From Phoronis australis (Eukaryota > Animalia > Phoronida), in contig NMRA01000029.1 in the NCBI GenBank assembly GCA_002633005.1, positions 40,549 through 104,548 on the forward strand: 64,000 nucleotides of DNA. Direction: 5' to 3'. The notes beneath the pieces were generated by a model. That model saw only the letters and a list, made by a program, of their open reading frames with translations. It had not been told where the DNA came from and made no database searches. Within the stretch, counting starts at the first letter, position 1. The number at the start of each line of letters is the position of its first letter. The position numbers were made by a program, and so were the translations under genes. Shown in pieces: positions 41,101 to 53,100 of the stretch.

Positions 41101-44100
41101 ACTTTGACAGAGGGTCATAACATTTCACCTTACTTTCTGACTGTCGAAACACCAAAAGATAGAGGCCTGTCTGCAACATACCTCTATGTTTAACCATACA
41201 GTCAAACACTTACATGGAAATGACCCCTGACCCCATGCTTTGTCCATAAGTATAAATGCATACTACACAAAGATTACACACAGCACAGAAAACTCAAACA
41301 TGTTGAGTCCTAATAAACACAGAATGCAAGAAATAGAAACGAGACATAAATGATAGAAGAACAGAACTTATAACAAAACTATCAAAAATAGACAATCACG
41401 TTTTTTCATTGGCAGGGGCACAACCTGTTTAGGAATAAAAAGACAAACGTGTCAAGTAATTAAAAAGTGGAAAGGCATAGTCAAAAACTCAAAAGTTAAT
41501 CAAGAACCCTTACATTAATCTCACTTGTCAGAGATCAAAGAAACAAAAACTTATTGGTAACTGCAAACTCTTGTTATCAATATCACAGTTCTTAAAAGTA
41601 TTTCTAAATTAAATGTTAGTTGTCAAACAATGAAACTTATGATCACAGAAACTTCATAACATAAAAATGTCTGGCAACTATTGGGCACAAGATTTGCTTC
41701 ACGTTTCCCACACAATGACGACTGTCAAAATTTTATGATTTAATTTCACATTTCCTACAAAAAATTGAGTCACCAAAATTAACATTTCTATTTAATACTC
41801 AGTTCCTGTCTAACTGCAGCTTGTAAGTGTACCTTTCAACTTAAAAAAGCTCCTCATACTTATTTTATCGTACTGGAAGTTGGCCATTTTTATCTGCCCT
41901 TGTAGCACTCAATAGAATTTCAAAGTTTGACGAAGAGTGAACCTGGGCAATAAAGGCATACATTTACATAATGGCTATCAGACAAGACAGTGCAGTTGCA
42001 TACTCACCAATAAATGTCATTTTCTCGTCTTCATGACTCAGACGATAGCAACGAGGAAAGAACTGGTCAGGGTTGGCATTCTCGTACCACGGCACGTTCC
42101 TCATGTTGATGCACAGCCCCACCTAGAGGTCGAGTTTGAAGGATGAAAGCTGAGTGATTAAAAGCAACAATTCATAGGAGCTGTTGCCAGCCCAAATCGC
42201 TCTTGGATGAATACCAACTAGTATCAATTGTGACATGTTTAAATGGAACATCCGCCATGATTGTCAGATGCATGTCAGAGAGTGAAGGCTAATGTACAAA
42301 ACCGTTACTATTGAAAACATACAAAATACCACATATTACAATATAATTGAAAACAATACCACATACCTGTGTTTGCTATACTATGGTTACTGTAAACGAG
42401 ACAATCCACTAAGCAAAATGCCCTTAAAATTATTTGCCGAGCCAATAAATTACCTTTTCATCATCAGCTAATTACAGAAGTCATGGAAACAATTAAAGTT
42501 AACAAACTATCAATGTTCCACCTACGTCAAAATTTCCATGAAGAAAATCGAAAGGAAAAATATATTCATTGTTAGAGAAATACACAAAAACTGTTCTCTG
42601 AAATTTCATTGCTTTTTAGACTAGAAGAAAATTTGTAATTTTTGGAAATTCTTGTTTGTAGCACTAAAGATTTAAATAACATTTAGAAATGCCTCATGGA
42701 AGCATTATCGTAAAATGCATGACTTGTACTTCCCTAGAAGAATTCAACTGTTTTAAACCCATTTCAGTGTTCCATTCTTGAACAGGAGCATGTGTTTAAA
42801 CTCACCTTTGTACTGAAATATTTAAACTCAACTCTGCAGTGAAATTTTTAAACTCACCTTCAAAGTTAAATGTTTAAACTCACCTTTGTAGTTAAATGTT
42901 TAAACTTACCTCTGTGGTGAAATGTTTAAACTCACCTTCGTAGCTAAATGTTTAATCTCATCTCTGTAGTTAAATGTTTAAGCTGACCTCTGTAGTTAAA
43001 TGTTTAAACTGACCTTTGTAGTTAAATATTTAAACTGACCTCTTTTGTGAATGTTTAAACTTACCTTTGTAGTGAAAGAACCAGCCCTGCAGTAATGATT
43101 TACAATTTGATCTTTCTGCAAGTAACGAAAATCAAGGGTGTCCCGACGCAGTGACCAGATGAATGTTGGATTACTGTTTCGAGCAATACGCGACTGAAAA
43201 AAAAACATAAATTAATTGATGCACTAACAAATAATGCAGGTAGTGTCCTGCAGACAAGACTTTTCAAGCAGTCTACTGTTGAGAGAATTAAATCATACGT
43301 TGGCGACAATTGCTACTTTGACAAAAAGTCAAGCAATTTTGTCAAAATTTGTTACTGCCTATCTTCATTATCAAGGGACACTTTCCTAAAGTGTAATTTA
43401 AAACTTTATGACTGCACCCAAATGGTATGCTTCTAGGGATGTTTATTAGTATCATAAAAATGGTCACTAGGTGGCGCAGAGTACATTGAACTCATCCGAG
43501 AACAGAAAAGCAATCAACACCCCAACAGAAATGTGTTTACTAAATTTCTTGAAAATCTGTTCGCAAACATAAAAATAAATTTGCCAATAGGGGGTACAGC
43601 AGCAGTCGGATTCATCAGAAAGAGGTCACCATCTGCTGTCACGTTCAAAGGAATATCACTGCCAAAATTTCACAAAGATCTTATATGTGGTGTAAGAGAT
43701 TAGCAATGGAAAAAAATGCTGCGTTAGTTTTTAACATAAAAATGAGACTTTTATACTGCTGTACACAGAATAATAAAAGCATTGTGTTAAATGTAACTTT
43801 AACTGAGACCCGAATGATAATTGTTTCAAAAAGTTACGAACAAGATAAGAAACGTCACGCACCATTATACCATATATACCGTCCTCTTCTTCCCAAGGTG
43901 GAATTTTGTTCTCTTGTTCTTGCGCAACATCTGAAATCCAACAGAAAATTCCAAATGACTATGCGAACACAGTGTTACCAAGCAGCTTAAGGTACTGTTT
44001 TTCAGAACGTACCAGCAGTTTCCAGGCTTTCCCGTGCTTGAAACTAATGGACACAGCTGGGTACTAATGTATTACTTTAATAAGTGAAACGTCACATCGC

Positions 44101-47100
44101 CGCATTCGTTTCAACCAACCACAGAAAATCTCACTAAATGGACGAGTGCCAACATTCAGTTTTGGAATTTCTAAACACTGCTGGTACTTGGCACATTAAA
44201 TAAAATAAAGCAGTCTTAAATCGTAACAAACATACAGAGTATAAGTCAAAAATACCGGGTAAAAATGACCTGGAATTTCATGTCTAAACAACTGAACACA
44301 AGCAAAATTCCCCTTCATGGCAGCTGATTGCTGGCAGAATGACCAGTCTTAATGGGACATTACCCGTCATGATATAGAAAATTTGTAATAGTGCTTTGGC
44401 ATGTACTGTATGTAACTAAGTGTAAACTTATACTTGGCACACAAATCTCATCATTAAATTTACCGTCATCATCGTCGCCATCATCATCATCATCGTCATC
44501 ATCATCATCATCACTGGCGGAGTGGCGCTTTTTCTTCTTGCCCTGAACTTTGGCCGTTGACGGAAGACGATAAAACTTCTCCACCCATCCACGCTGTCGT
44601 AAGCATTCCCTCACTTGTGCATATGGTCCGTGTATAGTAAAGATTTTGCGATACTGAAAAAATCATAACAACAGAACACGTCAAAAACTAATTTTTGATG
44701 AGTTGAAAAGCATTTAATTTCATCACTGTGCAAATATATCTTAAGAAATGACCTTCTCGGGTGGAGTTACTGAAATTGTGAAAACATATCTGGTGAAAAA
44801 CACAGACATAGCAATACGCATTCTGAACTTTGTTACCAGTGACACAAGTTAATATGTGAATGAAGACGAGTAATCGGAACAGTTTTGAAATAATTTTTAG
44901 CAAATTTCTTTCAGGTTTTATATTAACACCTGGATAACTACAATCATGCAATTTTTACTTAATAATACTCAAATTAAGTCCTCATGAGCTACATGTACTG
45001 AGATTACGTTCTGGAACTAAGACACATTTGAGACAGTTATTGTTTAAAAATAAGAAACTAAATAACTTATCTGCCATATCGTGTCGGAAATTTGCTAGAT
45101 TCCATACAGCTCCTAATGAATTGACCCCCCCCCCCCCCTTAAAAATATGCCTCAAAAAATATGCCCCTGTTCATGGAACCAGCTCACCTTGATAGCCTTC
45201 TCTGCCAGTTCCTTGGCATTTTTCAGGCGTTCCAAGTTGATTGTGCCCAGCTTACGCAGACCTTTGTGTTTATTCACTGACTGAGGGGGCAAGGTCTTAC
45301 TCCGTACATGGCCTATATGGTCAGGGGTGGCTTCTTCCTCTAGGGGCTCTGAGGGGAGAAAAGAGTTACCAGACTTAAAGAGATCTTCTTTCCCTACTCC
45401 GTTCTTGGTTAGAAACTCATAAAAATAAACCAAGTTGGTAGAAATGCCCGCCTAAATAACCCTCATTAGCAATGACATCAAACTCTTTCAAACTAAGCAG
45501 AATTCAACAAATACGCTGCTGCTCAACTGGAAATTGAATAGCACTGCCATAATCGTTGTAACTAATTAGGCCAGGATAAGTGGACTGAAGTATTAAGGTT
45601 ACTAATACTTCATTTCATAACATAAAGCCATACGGTCTTATCACATTTTTCGGAGAACAGAATTGTCAATTGACGCATTCCACCGATAACACGCAAATAA
45701 ATAATACTGAGGACTATAAAAGCACATATGCTAGTAGCAAATTCGATCACAGACTAGGTAAGCACTGATTGTCAACTTTAAACGAAGACACTAAATGACC
45801 TGGTTAGGCACTAACTGCGAAGAGCAATCAGATATGTCCCTTGACTCAACTTCCACAGAACCTACCTTTGACTTTGAGTGATGTACGGGAGGTTGCAAGG
45901 CTGTCGGGAACGGTTTGGTGACGTTTATGCCCTCTGGTGTTTAAAACTGTCTGCTGCCGTCGTAGTAGCATATTACTGTTGCTATGAGGGTATGGTCCTA
46001 ACAAAGACAAGAATGTACAATTAATAATAAAACAACACATCAGGAAACAAGCTCAATTCTGACACACACAGAGCTAACTGCATATTACACAGCTGCCCAT
46101 CAGAGAATGACATGAAATTAACCTTAAAGTTAATAAAGACAGAATGCCATTCGATAATTACAATTTAGTGACAATGAAATCACTGCCATGCCTTTTTGCT
46201 ATATGCAAAATTAGTAGTTGTCACAGAGAAATCGTATTCTGTTAGACTACTTTTGGCACAAACTGTATATCACCTATTCTCAATAGAAACATTTATTACC
46301 CTCCAAGAGCCTTTGTAAGTGAATCGATGAACTGGACTTATTAGAGTGTTCCATCCCCACAGAGTCGTCTGCCACTGCTAATGATGGCGAGGACTTCATA
46401 GACATCAACGGGTCTTGCTCGAGAGTAGCTGGACTTTTGTCCTTCTCTATATCCATAGTCTCTGGGGTCTTAGGGCCAGGTGTCCCCCAGGCAATGGCCT
46501 CTTCCTTGGTCTAGGGCAACAGTATAGATATATTATCACCCATTGTGCATAGGGATGAATTCTGAAAAGATGTGGTACCGGAGTACCGTTTTCTAATGCA
46601 AACGCCCATGTATTTTTGTGAACGTTCATCTATGATAGATTTCAACCCTCAAAATACAAAAGTCACTTGCTAGTGACTTAAACAAGCAGTGTGCTGTTTA
46701 CACAGCAGAGATATTTTGTTTTAGGTGCACTGGTTAACTTACACTAAACTCCCTAGACATAAGCCAAAACGGCCATATGGGTTAAAATCCTCCACCAGCT
46801 TTTTCAAAAAGGCTCACAGAGCTTTTATAAATGACAAATCCTGGAGTGTTTTGAGTATCAATACCGTATTCGCCCTAATAAGCGCCCATGCCCCTATAAG
46901 CGCCCTCACACATTTTAAGACTTTGCTAAAATAAGCGCCCAGTACATGGTTTGCAAAAAATGCCTGAACTACAGTTCTAAAATTCTCCTGACCAGTAATG
47001 TATTCAATTTATCAATAAGATCCGACAGTTGCGAAAATATCACTGTGCGCAGAATTTGTAGACCACGAGCCTTGCTGCCATGTCGGTATTCAGCCTTGAC

Positions 47101-50100
47101 TATTCACTTCAAACTTCCGCCGTGCTTCAAACAGAACACAAGTTTCGCTGATCTTGCGAGGGACGTGTCCTGTTATGGTCTGGACTTTCAGAACAGACGC
47201 AGCGTACTTGTCAAAGGGATTGTATTGTATCTTTCTCGTATAGATCTTCTCCGTCAACAGGAATCCAAATTTCTTTGTACACGTGAAAACCGCGAATGGA
47301 ATACTAATAAAAACTTGACCTTTGCTCAGTTAAAAGCATGTGGCCAGGAAGCGCGCACTACATTCAAGTACCTGTCATTGAAGATTAGTCTTTGGGAACT
47401 ATCTATTCATGAAACGGGTAGAATAGCATCGGCAAGAAATAAATACTGGCACTTATTTCAGAAAGTTTCTAATAGGATAAAAAACATTTTGCGTTATTTT
47501 TAAGGGGGAATGATTAAATTTGTGGTAATTGGTGCTTTTAAAGTCAAAATGACCCACAGATAGTGAACACTTCCACACCCTTACACCCAATGAATCTCCC
47601 GAAAAAATAACTACTAGACTGTCAGGCATCTAGTCACCAGGCGACTCAATGACATCAGCCTTACCGAGACAAACGTTTTTTAGCAGATGAGATCAACAAG
47701 TGCTAAATAAAACACGTTCTGCTTTAAATTACTGCTTGTGTTAATTTCCTTAGTTACAATGAACACCTAGAACGTTATATCATGTTTACTCTGGCAAATG
47801 AACTCTGATGACACGCACGCGCTCGCTCACTCACACAATACGTAGACGAACTTCAAAACAAACATCATGTGACAACAACATGTGTGTTCATCCAGAGATT
47901 TTTCTCGTGTTGTGGAGTACGATCTAGCACAGATTTGGACTTAACATGCAGTTAATCCCGACTCCACAGGAACTTAAAAATCTTAGGGACGCTATTTTGA
48001 AAACTTAAGGAGGACTTCAGGTAATTTGTTATGTCGAAACTATATTTTTACTCAAGTATTTAAGTTGACCTATCGGTGATCGCAAGGCAGCGACGCATCA
48101 GTCGGCGAGTTTTCGCACTCGGATTTTCTGAAAAATGCTTGTAATTTAACAAAATTTAATAGCAATGCACTGCAATTTTGCAGAAACTCCGTCATAGGTT
48201 ACAGATGCGTCACAGAGCGTAAATTTGATGAATTCTAGCTTATGATTTCACCTGTTTCGGAGACCAGGTTTCAACCACTTTTGGGCTATAATAAGCGCCC
48301 CCCTTCTTGAAGTGAATTTTTCTAAGCGCCCTGGGTGCTTAGTAGGGTGAATACGGTATATACAGAGTATTCTGGTCAATAACCTGCACAAGTAACGTCA
48401 CAGTTAAAACATGGCATTAAATGACAAGTATGAAAAGCATAGATCAAAATGTTAAATCAAGTTTCCAAAGAGATGACTGGTGATTGGTTCCAAAATTAAA
48501 AGAGAATATTAGTTCTAATCAGATAAAAGTCAAAAAAAAATAATTATATAGAAACTTTAGTTAGTGTTAGCAACCAAAGGCCATTAATCTATATGTGATT
48601 AAGACTTCAAGAAAATTTATGGTCAGATAACCTAAATCTCAAGAACCAAAGAAGGGTAGTGAATGTAAGGCTGAGAGAGGAATAGATTTTTGTACCTAAA
48701 AGGTGCCAGCCAACGTGTAACAAATTTAAACCACTAACTGTTATAAATTGGTTTCATTTTATTTTTTACTATTGACCGTTAAAGTGATGTCTGGGATTGA
48801 CACTTATTGGTTCAGTCCAGGCTAAACAAGCCGGCTTGACCAGGCTGGTCATTTTATGCCCTGATCATTAGAAATTCGGGGGTGTTTCAGGGCACCTTTG
48901 TCACTAGATTCGTACAATTTCTGTTATCGTAAAGAGGCCTGCATATCACATAATCTGACCCAGGATCCTACTGTGTAGAATTGGCCTGTGATGGCAGAAA
49001 GAGTACAGGAACGTTTAACAATTGACTACTGGTAGATAGATATCTGGACTCGAAGCCTTGATTTAGAAATTGCTGTCCTCAAAAGTTGAAACTAAATGGG
49101 ATTTTTTACATGACATGGTCTCAAACAACAGCAAACTAATTTAACCCCAGAAATGTAAGTGAAGAATAAATTGGGATTGAGTTGTATTTCTAAAGGTGTG
49201 GGGCAATTAAACATAAGGTAAAAATGTTAGGTTTATAGCACCTATAAAATATTTAAAAACTCTTTTTATGAAACAACCTGACGTAACTGTTTATCTTTTG
49301 AAAAAGCATAATTTACAGTATAGCTGATTATAAATGATACACATTTTGCCAAAACCCAATACCTCTAAGCTATTTCGGGGACTAGGCATAGCGAATGGTT
49401 TTCCGTCTTGATCAATACTGCGGAAACGAAACTGAAAGCATGTCTCCATCTGAAATCAGACAGACACAATCCATGCCAAAGAAAACAGTTATTCAAAGTA
49501 AGCTAATGGACTGTTCACAATTATTGCCATTTTTCTTGTGCGTACAAACCTAGGAAGGAAGGGGGCCCTGGCTAGCTGGCAATGTACTGAGCTATAACAC
49601 CAGAAAAACGGTGATACAATAAGACAAAATTCAACGATGTGTTTTTTGCTGTTTTCATCACTATAGGTATGATGAAAACTTTTAATTTGTAATCAACCCA
49701 AGTTATAAAGAACCTTGGGCCACTTTTATCAAAAGTTGTAAGTCTGCAGGTCTTGGCAAAGATGTTCATGAACAATAACATGTCTTTAAAGGTGGTTGTT
49801 AAATCTGAATATGTGAAAAAATATCAACTTTACATCACTGGTAATGTTTTCATTCTTGAAATAATTATTACATATCAGTTGCTCAGTGTTACACTAGAGC
49901 CTAGCTTCCAAGCCCACCTTGGGCTCTTAGTTGGTTACGAGTTACCAGCCATTTACCAACGTGACAGTCACCAGGTGGAGTTAAGACAACTCCCAGGCTC
50001 CACCCACAGGTGACCACGTGACCCAGAGTTTCAACCCAGTGCCCTGACAAAGAGCCCAACATTGGCTCGAAAAGAGCCTCTCAAGTAAAGCCAGGCCACC

Positions 50101-53100
50101 CAACAGGTAGTACTCATTCTTTTAATATATTGTAACAGTGCCAGGTATGAACATTCATTCCACCGTTTTCACTCTTCTAAAAATGTAGTATCGTATATTT
50201 TGCAGTAATGTGACTGTGCAACTGCAACCAGACTTTCAACCTTCAATAGAACAATTCAGTCACTTATAATGTTCCAGTCTACAAGGCTAAAGCCAACTGG
50301 ACCGAGTACAATTTGATTGGATTACAGATCACTTCAGTTACTAAAAATGTAAACTTCAGAAAGTCAGAAGAGTGAAGGATCTTTATCACTCAGCTTAATT
50401 GGATCCCAATGATTCTTCAATGAGAAATTCTGGCCGATGATGCAACAATTAAGCTCAGTCTAGGGAAATACAAGATAAAGAGCTTCTCTTTTCATATCGT
50501 TTTCAACTTAAATGGTATCAGGTGGACATTTTTGGTTTGCACAGGTTCAGCGGCAACGATGGGCAGGTAAAGAGAAAGTTTTCTCCACAAGTTTGACATC
50601 ATGGCATTGCTTGTGAACAGTCCAAAAAGAACTACGGCCAAACAACAGCTTGGTGAAGACTCTGCTAGAAATATGAAAGTCACATAATGGTGAAATTCCA
50701 TAGAATGCAAAGAATTGTTCATTGCAAAAGGACGTCACAAAAACAATTTTTTGATTTGGGCCACTCACCCTTGGACTCATAATGCTCAACAATGACACTG
50801 TAGGTGCATGACTTCAGGGTTTCGAAAAAATTGCCAATTCATTGCTGCTCACTGAGATCAGGCTCTCTGAGTTGGCTATAGTCGCAGCATATCATTTTAA
50901 CCCCCGAGCAGGGTCTCAAGGATTAACAAACCCAAACTCACTTCTCATCTGCATGAGGAACCAGATGTGACCAATTTTTTGTCGTAAGTAGGTCAAATCA
51001 ATATTGTACTTCTGTGATCGAAAGCGGAATTATACTAACTGTTGTTTTCTACCAATCACCCGTTATCTTATTAGGTTAAACGATTCAGCTGTAATTTGTT
51101 TAAATTTTCAAGAGAACGATCCAAGAGCTGAACAAATCTACGAATATGAACAACTCCTGCAATGAACAAAAGAGGAAACAAGCAGTACAGTTCATAAATA
51201 TATATTTTGTTGAACGCCCAATGACAATCATGTTTAGAGACTGGCTCCAAATGGCTGACGTAAGATCCGATTTGGTGTGTTGCTAGACATTCTACAGTTA
51301 CATCCCAAGTTTCAGAGAACTTTTGCCTTATTGTCGCCTGTTCAACAAAAATACTATTTTTGTGAACTGTACATAAGCATTGAGAAGAAAAGGTTAAATT
51401 TTCACCAACTGAAAATTACCTCAGATTGAACTAAGCTGAGAGTACGAGCCAGTAATCAGTTTTCCAGAGTGTGATACATGAATTGAATACCATGCAACAA
51501 TACAAACGTTAGGATTATGGTCACCATCAAGTTTAATGAGAAATGACAATCTAATACCAAAGGAAACTAACACGAGTTGTAGTTAGACAATAGAGATCTA
51601 GCATAGGTGTTCATTGTATGTCAGGGCTCGATTTCAAATCCTACAGGTTGCCAATGTGACCATAGACTCTAGTTGCCAACCTGATAAAAACTCAAAAATT
51701 GCCATAGCTGGGCACTCACCCAAATTACTGCAGGAAGCAAACAGGTGAAAATCTGCCTCATATGGTGAGCCTGTGCACAGGATACTCCCAGGCCCCCGAG
51801 AGGTCAGCGCCGAGCATGCGAGACACTCCTAACTGTCTGTTCCAGAAAAAAAACACTGGCCGGACAATCTTGGCTACATTGCAAGACATTTCCTGAATTT
51901 GTTGGTTTTTCACTGAACAAGACTGTCTGGTGACCTGGGAATTTCGTCAGGTCGCATTTGGCCAGTTTGACATTTATGTTGATCATCGAGCCCTGGCTGT
52001 ATATGCTCAGTTGGATGCAGGTCTACACATACACTAATTCAACAAACGTGCAGTCTTACCAGTATCATTGCTAGACTACTGAGCAAAATGTTCAATGATC
52101 AGTATAAATGATATATAATAAACTTCATTTACTTTTGGAATGAGTACCTTTAAATACCAAAATCATATCATTGGTGATGTTTTAAAATTGCCCAAAGCAA
52201 TCAGGCAATTGATGCAGCCAGAATCACTTACAATTTTTAGCTTCTTATCCAAAAGGTGCTGCTGTCGGCTCATAAAGTCTGACCCTAATTTTGCAACTAT
52301 TCTTGTGCTTGTAGCGCACACTTGTGGCTGAAAGGTGAAACATTTACCCCTATTATAAATTTGTACCCTTATTATAAATGTGTACAATAATTATAAAATT
52401 CTTTGCTCGATGTTTTGTTAACACTTTTATAGGTAAAAGTCGAATAGATGACCTCCAAAATGGCCATCGGGAATCATGCAGATTTACTGGTCGTTATTCA
52501 GTGAAAACTGGTTCTCGGCAGCCATTTGGACGAGGGGCTCTATCTATTCAACTTCTACCCTTTTATATCATGACGTGCTTGCCACTGTATTTATAATATT
52601 TCTCTGAACTGAATGATGCAAGATGGAATAAATGAGACGTATGAATGACTCTACCACTACTGGGTTTAGGTTGAATGAGTTTTGATGATTCAGGGAAATT
52701 CATTACCTGTGTCCTTACATTTCCAAGTTCCAGATTATCAGTTGACGTTCGACTGTGAGGATTTGTGTGCATTCCTTCAACTTCATTGGCTTGTACTTTA
52801 AAACCCACTTCAGCAGACCTGTTTCTGGTTTTTCGAGGAATCGGAATTTGCTCAAGCCGCTTGTACCTTGACTGGAAGGGTTCGACCTGAGCAGTGTCAA
52901 GGAAATAATCTGGAACACTTGTCAATTTCACCCGGTTAACTCTGCGATTTCGAACAGCTGCTAATTTTCGGCTGGTAGCGCTGATTTTCGGTGAGAACGT
53001 TAACTCAGAATTCCATAGGGGACTTTTCTTCCCCATTTGTTCTCATGAATGAACTAAAGATTAGCATTTCGAAAGTCAAAACTCATGATTTTCTGAGTTA

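Noticed and set aside
42793-43077. Regular short repeats resembling a CRISPR array
   Set aside because: Units are contiguous with no unique spacers, there are no cas genes, and the context is a eukaryotic intron
46946-47503. 185-aa ORF inside the pogo-like element
   Set aside because: No HTH/CENP-B or DDE motifs; likely a chance ORF
50020-50100. Vault-RNA-like 5' word (ctggcttta) on the minus strand
   Set aside because: An internal TTTT would end Pol III transcription and the B box is poor; kept only as part of the structured-island finding
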